The notes under the pieces: generated by a model
Seen by the model: the letters and a program-made list of their open reading frames with translations, nothing else
The model's database searches: none
Told to the model about the DNA's origin: nothing
In this document: positions 1 to 8,568 of the stretch, piece after piece
Numbering within the stretch: position 1 is the stretch's first letter
Layout of the letters: every line of letters begins with the position of its first letter
Made by a program: the position numbers and the translations under genes
DNA from: Gammaproteobacteria bacterium
GTDB taxonomy: Bacteria; Pseudomonadota; Gammaproteobacteria; SZUA-152
Direction: 5' to 3'
Assembly: GCA_032250735.1 (NCBI GenBank)
Contig: JAVVEP010000003.1
Coordinates: forward strand, 63,962 to 127,961
DNA length: 64,000 nt

Positions 1-21
1 ATTTACGTCATTGCCGCAATA

Positions 22-1707
22 GTGGCTGTGTTCATATTGCAAAGGATTTACATCCGCCTACGACTATCGCTAGCCAAGCACCCCTCATTAAGAGGTCATG
101 CAAAATGGTCACGCCGGATAAGCAAGCTCGTCCCTTACTTCGGATATGGGGCAGACCGGTTCTTTTGTAGTGATGCCGCTCCTGCTGAAGTCGCAGATAA
201 TCGTCGTCAGGCCATGGACAGGCTCAGGCTGCGATTGCAATCACGTGCACCAAGAACGATGGCTGCAAGCCTCTCCCTGCAAGACAGTATTTCGGATGTA
301 AACTTTACCAGCAACTACCGTGTGCCCTTCCCGTATCGACAATTCCTGCCCGTTGAGTTCAAGGCCGGAACCATCGCCGAGCAAACTGACGGTGTCAGAA
401 TCAGGGACCTCGATGGAAACTGGAACTACGACCTTACCGGCTCTTATGGCGTCAACGTCTTCGGCTATGATTTTTACAAGGACTGCATGGAGTCCGGCTT
501 CGCCAAAGTAAAGGATCTTGGGCCCGTGCTGGGTACCTACCATCCGCTGATTCAGGAAAACGCTGAAATGCTGAAAGGCATTTCGGGACTCGATGAGGTC
601 TCATTTCACATGTCGGGCACCGAAGCAGTCATGCAGGCAGTGCGACTTGCACGTTATCACACAGGAAAATCACACCTGGTCAGGTTCTGTGGCGCATATC
701 ATGGATGGTGGGATGGCGTACAGCCAGGCATTGGCAATCAACGTAAGACCAATGACGTTTACACCCTTGCCGACCTCAGCAAGGCCACTCTCAAAGTACT
801 GGAAACGCGCAATGATATTGCCTGCGTGTTGATAAACCCACTACAGGCCCTGCATCCAAATTCTGACGCTCCCAGCGATGCAACACTGATTAACAGCTCA
901 AGATCTGCCCATTTTGATCGTGATACTTACACGGCATGGTTACACCAGATTCGTGACGTCTGCACACGAAAGAATATCGTGCTCATCTTTGATGAAGTGT
1001 TTACTGGCTTCCGGTTGGGATACAGAGGGGCGCAGGAATATTTCGACATACAGGCAGATATCGTAACGTACGGCAAGACATTGGGGGGCGGCCTGCCGAT
1101 TGGCGTGGTCTGTGGCCGACACCATTTGATGAAGCGCTACAAGGATAATCAGCCCGCAAACATCTCTTTCGCCAGAGGCACCTTCAATTCTCACCCCTAT
1201 GTGATGGGTTCGATGAATGAATTTCTGCACCGCATTGTCCAGCCGGAGATTATGAGCATCTACGAACAAGCAGATATTGTGTGGAATGCGAGAACCCAAC
1301 AACTCAATGAAGAGCTGGCAGATGAATCCCTGCCCGTGAGCATTGTCAATCTTCATTCCATCTGGACGATTCTCTATTCCAGACCATCTCGTTACAACTG
1401 GATGTTCCAGTTTTACCTCCGCGCACAGGGCCTTGAGATTAGCTGGGTCGGCACCGGGCGGATCATCATGAGCCTCAATTTCACCGACGACGATTTTAAC
1501 GAAGTCAAATCACGGTTTATACGCGCCGCACGGCAAATGGAAAATGACGGCTGGTGGTGGCAATCACGCGAGCTAACCAACAAATCCATCAAGCGGCAGA
1601 TGCTGAAAGAAATGATTGGCGCACGCCTCCCCTTATTCAAACCACACAAGGAGATTGAGGTACAGGATTGTACACGGCCACCAACCGTGGAGACCCTACA
1701 GCAATGA
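22..1707 (+). CDS. Class-III PLP-dependent aminotransferase (glutamate-1-semialdehyde aminomutase-like) with ~130-aa N-terminal extension; possibly 5'-truncated by the window edge
   Basis: 561-aa ORF with FHMSGTEAVMQAVRLAR, FDEVFTGFR and the PLP-lysine motif YGKTLGGGLPIG (Lys codon 1075-1077). The ORF-track start is GTG and the frame has no stop back to base 1. Confidence 0.8.
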   Translation: MAVFILQRIYIRLRLSLAKHPSLRGHAKWSRRISKLVPYFGYGADRFFCSDAAPAEVADNRRQAMDRLRLRLQSRAPRTMAASLSLQDSISDVNFTSNYRVPFPYRQFLPVEFKAGTIAEQTDGVRIRDLDGNWNYDLTGSYGVNVFGYDFYKDCMESGFAKVKDLGPVLGTYHPLIQENAEMLKGISGLDEVSFHMSGTEAVMQAVRLARYHTGKSHLVRFCGAYHGWWDGVQPGIGNQRKTNDVYTLADLSKATLKVLETRNDIACVLINPLQALHPNSDAPSDATLINSSRSAHFDRDTYTAWLHQIRDVCTRKNIVLIFDEVFTGFRLGYRGAQEYFDIQADIVTYGKTLGGGLPIGVVCGRHHLMKRYKDNQPANISFARGTFNSHPYVMGSMNEFLHRIVQPEIMSIYEQADIVWNARTQQLNEELADESLPVSIVNLHSIWTILYSRPSRYNWMFQFYLRAQGLEISWVGTGRIIMSLNFTDDDFNEVKSRFIRAARQMENDGWWWQSRELTNKSIKRQMLKEMIGARLPLFKPHKEIEVQDCTRPPTVETLQQ

Positions 1708-4412
1708 TCAACACTTCATACAGCGAACGAATGAGTGAATTCCGGACTTCCTTGCGTTCAGAGTTTGATGAATATCTAAAACAGATCACGCTCAAATATG
1801 ACCTGAAGAATTGCCTGAAGGTCGACCTGCATTGTCATGATCATAATAGCGACGTTCCTGACGAACTCTGGGGAAGAATTCTCAGACTGCCGGAAACCTG
1901 GCTGAAAACGCAGAATCTCGTCAAATGCCTGAAACAGAATGATTGCGATGTCATCACGGTGACCAATCATAATAATGCACGCTCGTGCTGGGAGCTGCAG
2001 GAACGGGGGTATGACGTACTGCCGGCAGCAGAATTCACCTGCCATTTCCCGGAGTACAACCTGTTCGTCCACATACTCACCTATGGCTTCACCCGGCAGC
2101 AGGAAAAGACCCTGAATAAAAAGCGCCAGAATATTTACGACTTCCTGCGCTACACCGCTGTCAATGATCTGCCGGTAATCCTGCCCCATCCGCTGTATTT
2201 CTACACCAGGAACGACAAGATAGACCTAAGTCTTTTCGAAAAGTTGGCTGTCATGTTTCAGCGATTCGAGGTCCTTAACGGTCAACGGGATCTGTGGCAA
2301 AGCGTATTAACGCTTAACTGGGCCGAAGGTCTTACGCCTGAAAAGATCCTGGGCTTCGCAAAAAAGCACGATCTCGATCCCGCCGACTATGGTGTTGATC
2401 CCTACCGTCCAAAAATATTGACCGGTGGCTCAGATTGCCACACAGGCATCTTTGCCGGCCAGTGCGGAAGCTATTTATATATACCCGACCTGCAGGAAAG
2501 GCTGGAGCATTCAACGCCCTCCGCACTGGCGCTTGAGGCCATCCGCGAAGGCAATGTCGCGGCCTTTGGGCATGTTGCCGAGAATCAAAAACTGAATATT
2601 GCATTGCTGGACTATTTCTCTCAGGTGGCGACAAAAATCGAGGATCCTGGCCTGTTGCGCATCCTGTTCCATCGCGGCGAAGTATCCGACAAGGTCTCCT
2701 GCCTGGTGATCAGTAATCTTCTTCTGGAAATGAAAAAGCACAAGAACACGCAGAAGTTCTTTGAGTTCGTCCACAACGCACTGCATGGCAAAAAACCTAA
2801 CAAATTGTTGAAATGGAAAGTCAGCAAGGATTATCGCTTCTGCATTACCCAACTGGAAAAAATCGCTGTCAGCTGCAACGGCCCGCCAGAGATCTTTATT
2901 GATACCGTCAATCAGGCAGTCAACGATCTGTTCCTGGATCTTAATAGGCTGATCATAAAAAGGATTAAGAAATCCGGTGATTCATCAGAAAAATACAGAT
3001 TAAAGTCCTTTTCTACTGAGGAAATCACCCGCAAATTTGAGGTGCCGAGTCAATTGACGGCACTGATCTTCGGCAACAAGTCAATGCAGGAGGACATGAG
3101 CGAACTAAGCGTCTCAAAACTGTTTGATAACCTCTCCTTCCCGGTCCTGGTCGGCATCATCCTCACCAGCGTGACTCTTGGCAGCACCCGGCTGCTGTAT
3201 CAGAACCGCAGCTTCCTGAATGACTTCTCTGATTATATTGGCAGAAACCAACACCCAAGACGCGCCCTTTATCTTACCGATACATTAAGGGACAAAAATG
3301 GCGTATCCAACTCCCTGTCAGCCAAACTTGCTGAAATTCAGCGCATGGATCTGCCGGTTGATATCTTGATCTGTCATCCTGACGCACAACCTGAACCGCA
3401 CCTGCATGTTGTACGACCACTGACTTCATTCACCGTACCGGATTTTGGCGAGCAAGAACTGCGGATTCCTGACTTGCTCGAGATTGCACGCCTGTTCTAT
3501 GAAGGCGGATACGATCGGATTGTGTGCTCTACTGAAGGACCGATGGCACTCGTTTCACTGTTCATCAAGCACATGTTCAATGTGCCTAGTTTTTTCTTCA
3601 TGCACACTGACTGGCTGGATTACATCAAGGACACCACGGACCTCACATTGCATGAGCGTGACCGGATACGGCGCACCTTGCGCGTCTTCTATAAGCAGTA
3701 CTCCGGTGTCTTCGTGCTCAATAACGAACATCGCGACTGGCTTGTTGGCCACCATATGCAGCTTGCGGATGAACGGGTTTTCTTAACCGCCCACCATACA
3801 TCCGCCCGCGACAACAGCGTTACTGGTGTTAACAAGACGGACCTGTTCAATGACGCCATTGCCAATACGCCTGTACTGCTTTTCGCAGGAAGGATCAGCA
3901 AGGAGAAAGGCATCTTCGATTTGCCGGACATTATCGCCAATGTCAAACAGTCAATGCCTGATGTGAAAATAGTTATTGCAGGCACCGGGCCTGCTGAAGA
4001 TGCACTCAAGCAGGCCTTACCGGAAGCACTCTTTCTTGGCTGGGTCGACAAACACTACCTGGCCGAGCTTTATGCGGGACTCGATCTTTTTGTTTTCCCA
4101 TCACGGTTCGATACCTTCGGCAATGTCATCCTCGAATCATTCACGTATGGCATGCCCGCCGTTGCCTATAATTGCAAGGGGCCAAAAGACATCATTCAAC
4201 ATGATGTGTCCGGGTATCTGGCAAACGATATCGAACAGATGAGCGATCACATCATTCGCTTCTTCTCATCCGAGCCAAAACGCGCCGGAATGATCCAAAA
4301 GGCTATTCGCAGATCCCAGGATTATCAGGCAGAGCCCATCATGCAGAAATTCCTGCAAGATATGGGTCTTGGCATGCCGCCAGTACTAATCGAGCAGCAA
4401 TCGGTCGCGTAA
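1704..4412 (+). CDS. Fusion protein: N-terminal PHP-family phosphoesterase plus C-terminal GT4 (group 1) glycosyltransferase
   Basis: N-terminus has DLHCHDHNSD and ITVTNHNN (PHP HxH metal motifs). C-terminus has FAGRISKEKG...VKIVIAGTGP...FVFPSRFDTFGNVILESFTYGMPAVA (GT4 signature). The ORF track starts at TTG 1668; ATG 1704 forms an ATGA overlap with the upstream stop, and GGAGA lies 12 nt upstream. Confidence 0.75.
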   Translation: MINTSYSERMSEFRTSLRSEFDEYLKQITLKYDLKNCLKVDLHCHDHNSDVPDELWGRILRLPETWLKTQNLVKCLKQNDCDVITVTNHNNARSCWELQERGYDVLPAAEFTCHFPEYNLFVHILTYGFTRQQEKTLNKKRQNIYDFLRYTAVNDLPVILPHPLYFYTRNDKIDLSLFEKLAVMFQRFEVLNGQRDLWQSVLTLNWAEGLTPEKILGFAKKHDLDPADYGVDPYRPKILTGGSDCHTGIFAGQCGSYLYIPDLQERLEHSTPSALALEAIREGNVAAFGHVAENQKLNIALLDYFSQVATKIEDPGLLRILFHRGEVSDKVSCLVISNLLLEMKKHKNTQKFFEFVHNALHGKKPNKLLKWKVSKDYRFCITQLEKIAVSCNGPPEIFIDTVNQAVNDLFLDLNRLIIKRIKKSGDSSEKYRLKSFSTEEITRKFEVPSQLTALIFGNKSMQEDMSELSVSKLFDNLSFPVLVGIILTSVTLGSTRLLYQNRSFLNDFSDYIGRNQHPRRALYLTDTLRDKNGVSNSLSAKLAEIQRMDLPVDILICHPDAQPEPHLHVVRPLTSFTVPDFGEQELRIPDLLEIARLFYEGGYDRIVCSTEGPMALVSLFIKHMFNVPSFFFMHTDWLDYIKDTTDLTLHERDRIRRTLRVFYKQYSGVFVLNNEHRDWLVGHHMQLADERVFLTAHHTSARDNSVTGVNKTDLFNDAIANTPVLLFAGRISKEKGIFDLPDIIANVKQSMPDVKIVIAGTGPAEDALKQALPEALFLGWVDKHYLAELYAGLDLFVFPSRFDTFGNVILESFTYGMPAVAYNCKGPKDIIQHDVSGYLANDIEQMSDHIIRFFSSEPKRAGMIQKAIRRSQDYQAEPIMQKFLQDMGLGMPPVLIEQQSVA

Positions 4413-4414
4413 TC

Positions 4415-5326
4415 ATGGCCAGTATCGTTCGCAATATGAGTCAGCAGGAACAGTTAAATTTTCTGTTGACCAACAGAATTCCGCGACGCTACCTGACACG
4501 ATTGATGGGCTGGTATAGCAAGATAGAAAGCCGCGCATTGACCAGGCTTTCCCTAGTCATCTGGAAACATTTCGCTGCCGATCTTGACCTTACCGAAGCA
4601 AAACACTCTACGTTCCGTAGCCTTCATGACTGTTTTATTCGCGAACTGAAGAGCGGTGCTCGCCAGGTAGATACCGACCTACATACCATCACCTGCCCCT
4701 GCGATGCCATTGTCGGCGAGTGCGGGCCAATTACGGGAACACAGGTATTCCAGGCAAAGGGCTTTCCCTACGAGCTGGCCGAGCTTATTCCCGACAAAAC
4801 CTTACAGGAAAAGTATCGCGACGGCATCTACGTGACATTGCGCCTCAAGTCTTCCATGTATCACCGTTTTCATGCGCCCATCGACTGCAGGGTAACGCAC
4901 ATTGATTACATCTCAGGAGATACCTGGAACGTGAACCCTGTCGCCCTCAAGCGCATCGAGAAGCTTTTCTGTAAAAATGAACGGGCCGTCGTTGAGCTAG
5001 TGCTCGGTGATGAGGTAGACGATGCGCACCAAAAAAGTATCACCCTGGTGCCGGTTGCTGCAATCCTGGTCGCCAGCATGAAATTCCACTGCCTGGACAC
5101 CGAGCTGGATCTTCAATACCGCGGGCCTAACCGTTTACCCTGCGATGCCCAATACCGGAAAGGCGACGAGATGGGTTATTTTCAACACGGCTCGACCATC
5201 ATTCTGTTCGCGACCTCTCATTACAGACTGCATGACAGCGTATCGACGGGCAACAGAATATTCATGGGACAGGCTCTGCTCACGGACAATGACATTTCTA
5301 ATCGACAACCAACCAAAGAGGGATAA
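4415..5326 (+). CDS. Phosphatidylserine decarboxylase-family pyruvoyl proenzyme
   Basis: 303 aa with FIRELKSGARQVD, SSMYHRFHAP and the self-cleavage motif HGST (5189-5197). The ATG lies 2 nt after the upstream stop. Confidence 0.8.
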   Translation: MASIVRNMSQQEQLNFLLTNRIPRRYLTRLMGWYSKIESRALTRLSLVIWKHFAADLDLTEAKHSTFRSLHDCFIRELKSGARQVDTDLHTITCPCDAIVGECGPITGTQVFQAKGFPYELAELIPDKTLQEKYRDGIYVTLRLKSSMYHRFHAPIDCRVTHIDYISGDTWNVNPVALKRIEKLFCKNERAVVELVLGDEVDDAHQKSITLVPVAAILVASMKFHCLDTELDLQYRGPNRLPCDAQYRKGDEMGYFQHGSTIILFATSHYRLHDSVSTGNRIFMGQALLTDNDISNRQPTKEG

Positions 5327-5331
5327 TCGTC

Positions 5332-5961
5332 ATGGGATTCTTTGAAGAACTGCAACAACAACGCTGGGACGACCATCGTTTTTATCACCATAACCGTGTA
5401 AACCAGACGCTGCATTTACTCAGCGCTTTCTGTTTTCTCACCAGCTATATACTGATATTTGTCAACCCGGTGCTGGCGGTAATGGTCGGCTGGCTGCTGG
5501 CGATGATTCTACGCCAGGTGGGCCATTTCTTTTTTGAACCGAAAACCTATGACGCCGTAAACCAGGCATCGCATGAATACAAGGAAAAAGTAAAGGTTGG
5601 TTATAACCTGCACCGAAAAATCATACTCTTATCCGTGTGGGTAGCCTCCCCCTTGGTCCTGTTTGTCGACGCGAGCCTGTTCGGCCTGTTTCAGCCACAC
5701 CAGGACCTTGCAGGGTTCATTGATCACACGGCGATGATCTGGCTATTTGTCGGTATCGGCGCGGTTGTATTCCGCACCCTACACCTGTTTTTTATCATGG
5801 GCGTGCAGTCAGGTCTGGTATGGTTTTCCAAGATCCTTACCGATCCCTTTCATGATATTAAAATCTACTACAAGTCGCCGTATTACCTGTTTAAAGGCGA
5901 TATGTATGATGACATGAGCGACTGGTATGATGTCCCTCGCGTTGCCAAGACTCGAAAATAG
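5332..5961 (+). CDS. His-rich polytopic membrane protein, tentatively DUF962/Mpo1-like
   Basis: 209 aa with several hydrophobic helices and the motifs HHNRVNQTLH and GHFFFEP. AGAGGGA Shine-Dalgarno; 5-nt gap to the upstream gene. Confidence 0.55.
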   Translation: MGFFEELQQQRWDDHRFYHHNRVNQTLHLLSAFCFLTSYILIFVNPVLAVMVGWLLAMILRQVGHFFFEPKTYDAVNQASHEYKEKVKVGYNLHRKIILLSVWVASPLVLFVDASLFGLFQPHQDLAGFIDHTAMIWLFVGIGAVVFRTLHLFFIMGVQSGLVWFSKILTDPFHDIKIYYKSPYYLFKGDMYDDMSDWYDVPRVAKTRK

Positions 5962-6125
5962 TCCGTCTGAATCACCCATATGTTTTTTAGCCATCGTTAT
6001 GAGGGTCGGCATAATCTGGCATCACGAATTCTTTAGGCGTGATTACTCTTCATGCTTACCTTGACAGCGATGCCTGTCTCTTGAGAGGCGCGTGCGAACC
6101 CCGGTCGTCATTCGGTCAGTCACTG

Positions 6126-6662
6126 TTATTCATGGCCTGGACCCTCGCCACCCAAGGCAACAAACTCACCGGTGAACCTGCCCACCACCTGGCCCTCGTA
6201 TTCCAGCACGGCGCCGACAGCAATCCTGGCCTTGCCCTTGCGCATCAGCATGCGCGTAAAGCGGGGCCAGTCCTGCGGCCGCTCGATCGACGAGCGTGCC
6301 GTAAACTCGCCGTCAATGGGGCGTTCGTATTCCACCGAATTGCGCTGAATCACCACACGGCTATCGATACCGGCGCTGCGCAGCCGGGTGTACAGCAGAG
6401 ACCACGCCGCAAGAATCGCCAGCGCCGAGGCACTGCCACCGAACACCGTTTCACGATGATTGATGTTCGGCTTCAGCGGCGCGCGCAACACCACCTCATC
6501 CTCCGCCATGGAAACCACCGACACCGCCATCGCCTTTGACAATGGAATGTGCTCATGAAGGTATTGTTCAAGCTGGGTGTATGGCACAGGCCTCTCCCTC
6601 TTTACAAACATGGCAGGCAGGGTGGACATGAATTTTGTGCCCACATGGTACCGATACGCCAC
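6126..6662 (-). CDS. Hotdog-fold thioesterase (YiiD C-terminal domain-like)
   Basis: 178-aa ORF with PLKPNINHRETVFGGSASALAILAAWSLLY, typical of YiiD_C/PaaI-like thioesterases. The exact start is uncertain. Confidence 0.65.
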   Translation of the reverse strand: MAYRYHVGTKFMSTLPAMFVKRERPVPYTQLEQYLHEHIPLSKAMAVSVVSMAEDEVVLRAPLKPNINHRETVFGGSASALAILAAWSLLYTRLRSAGIDSRVVIQRNSVEYERPIDGEFTARSSIERPQDWPRFTRMLMRKGKARIAVGAVLEYEGQVVGRFTGEFVALGGEGPGHE

Positions 6663-6761
6663 ACGTCACCATCAGTTTTCAGCAAGCCATTAACACGTGC
6701 AGCGCGGGCATAAAAAACGCGCCCGCCCTACCTGACTAGACCAATGGCAGTGCATCTCAGG

Positions 6762-7202
6762 CTAGCCCTTTAAGTCATTCGGTTTCCAGTAACGCTGCAT
6801 TTCTATAAACAGGAACGACGCTGACCAGGTAATCATTACCAGCCCGGTCAGGGCCTCTAGCCCGGTCAAATGTCGCAGATCACCGATCGCGTCAATATCG
6901 CCATATCCCAGGGTGGTGTAGGTGCTAAACGAAAAGTACACACAGTCCAGCACACTGCCATCAAACCCTCCGCTCAAATGGCCCCACCCTTGCGCATGAT
7001 GCATGAAGTAGTACGCCAGCGCGAACACCCAGACCTCAATCGTATGGGCAATCATCGCGCCGAACACGCCCAGCAAAATCAGGAATCGATGCCGTATCCT
7101 GATGCGTTGGAGATGTAGTGTCAGTCGATACAAGAACTCATAGTGAATAATGACCACGACCGCGATAACGATACTGTTGACGATAAATACGGGTAGCACC
7201 AC
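6762..7202 (-). CDS. Minimal potassium channel (pore-only, no cytoplasmic gating domain)
   Basis: 146 aa with the selectivity filter TTLGYGD flanked by hydrophobic helices. Confidence 0.8.
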   Translation of the reverse strand: MVLPVFIVNSIVIAVVVIIHYEFLYRLTLHLQRIRIRHRFLILLGVFGAMIAHTIEVWVFALAYYFMHHAQGWGHLSGGFDGSVLDCVYFSFSTYTTLGYGDIDAIGDLRHLTGLEALTGLVMITWSASFLFIEMQRYWKPNDLKG

Positions 7203-7308
7203 TCTTCCTCTCTTGCTGAAAAAAATTGGTCTTGCAATAAATCTATTGCTGGGTCAGATAAATCCTGACGGAAGGAGCATAGTCCAGTCTTGAAGGGTGA
7301 ATTCAAGA

Positions 7309-7893
7309 TTAAAAGCTTGGCTCCATCTTTTTATGGTTAAAGGTGTAGTCACCTATACTACGTTCGCCGTTGTTGTCGATGGCCAGCAGGCGTACGCGCA
7401 GGGTGGTGGTCGGCAGGGCGCGCAAGGCGTCGATACCCGTGGAGAACACCACCGTCCCGCTGTCGGCGGTAAACGGAATATCGTGCAGGCGCATGCCGCT
7501 CTCGTTATCATCATCACCATCGAGGTAGATCATGTCGAGCTGCTGCACGCCCTCCAGCGGCGCCTTGAGATAGGCCACCACGAAGTCGTCCTCGGGGGCG
7601 ACGGTGCAGTTCACCGCGCCATTGAGCGGCACGTAATACTCCCGCACGTGCATGCCCTGCTCTACCAAGCGCTGTACGAACGGCTCATTGATGACCACGC
7701 TCACGCCGCTTGTGCGGGTGAGATCGCGCACTTGCTGGGCCAGGGCGACAAGCTGTTGCAGGCGGCGGCTGCATGGCTCGCAACCCAGATAGTGCTCCTC
7801 GACCTGCGCCTCGCGCTCGGCATCCAGCTCGCCAAGCCAGTAGGCAAGCAGGCTATCCCATACCACGGGTGACTGACAGTCTGAGGATTTCAT
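7309..7893 (-). CDS. Zinc-finger (HxxxCxxC) anti-sigma factor, apparently soluble
   Basis: EEHYLGCEPC ZAS motif near the N-terminus and no obvious TM helix. ATG 7893 overlaps the sigma-factor stop (ATGA). Confidence 0.7.
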   Translation of the reverse strand: MKSSDCQSPVVWDSLLAYWLGELDAEREAQVEEHYLGCEPCSRRLQQLVALAQQVRDLTRTSGVSVVINEPFVQRLVEQGMHVREYYVPLNGAVNCTVAPEDDFVVAYLKAPLEGVQQLDMIYLDGDDDNESGMRLHDIPFTADSGTVVFSTGIDALRALPTTTLRVRLLAIDNNGERSIGDYTFNHKKMEPSF

Positions 7894-8459
7894 TCGCTTT
7901 CTCCGGTAACACACCGGCGCAGGCGTTCAAGGCCGCGGTGACGGATGACGCGCACATTTGCCGCACTCAGTTCCAGCTCTTGCGCCAGGGCCTCGGCCGG
8001 CAATTCGTTATAGAAACTCAATATCAGGATGGTTCGCTCCCGTTCCGACAACGATTCCAGACAGGGCGCAAGGCGCTTGCCGTCCAGCTCCGGCAGCGTG
8101 ACCTCCGGCGGCGACAGTGCCTCGCCATAGGTCTCCAGCAGGCGTTCGCGCCGGCTGTGGCCACGGCGCAGCTCCAGCACCACCATGCGGCAGATGCCAA
8201 ACACGAACGAGGCCAGTCGCTCCTGTTCGCGGAGTGCACCGGCGCGCAGACGCTCGATCAGCATCAGCATCACCTGCTGCATAAGATCCGCGGCGGCGGC
8301 CTCACTGCGCAGATGCCGCAGGCCATACAGCCGCACGCGCGGCGCAAGCCGTCGACAGAGTTCCGCCTCCGCCTCACGGTCGACAGCGGGCGCCGCCTGC
8401 GCCACCCGCTGGGCCAGGCTGGCGTCGTCGAAAGGGGTTTCGGACTCTTGTCGGCACAT
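7890..8459 (-). CDS. ECF-type RNA polymerase sigma-70 factor
   Basis: 189 aa. Region 4 reads LSERERTILILSFYNELPAEALAQELELSAANVRVIRHRGLERLR, and a region 2-like segment lies upstream. Confidence 0.85.
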   Translation of the reverse strand: MCRQESETPFDDASLAQRVAQAAPAVDREAEAELCRRLAPRVRLYGLRHLRSEAAAADLMQQVMLMLIERLRAGALREQERLASFVFGICRMVVLELRRGHSRRERLLETYGEALSPPEVTLPELDGKRLAPCLESLSERERTILILSFYNELPAEALAQELELSAANVRVIRHRGLERLRRCVTGESE

Positions 8460-8494
8460 ATTTGCAGCATATTACGGCCTCCCTGGCTTTGGAA

Positions 8495-8521
8495 GTGTAA
8501 CGATCGGCCGTGCCGTTACAC
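8495..8521. promoter_or_regulatory. Perfect 8-bp inverted repeat GTGTAACG-N11-CGTTACAC in a divergent intergenic region
   Basis: Read directly from the sequence. It lies between the ECF sigma gene start (8459) and the MBL-fold gene start (8569). Confidence 0.4.
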
Positions 8522-8568
8522 CTCCCTGTAACTCAGCAACAATCCAACCACCACCCAGGGAGTTCACC

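Noticed and set aside
8185-8568. N-terminal 128 codons of the 374-aa track ORF for the MBL-fold gene.
   Set aside because: This part is antisense to the ECF sigma gene and Arg/Ser/Ala-rich. A proper AGGGAG Shine-Dalgarno and ATG at 8569 begin the recognisable MBL-fold sequence.
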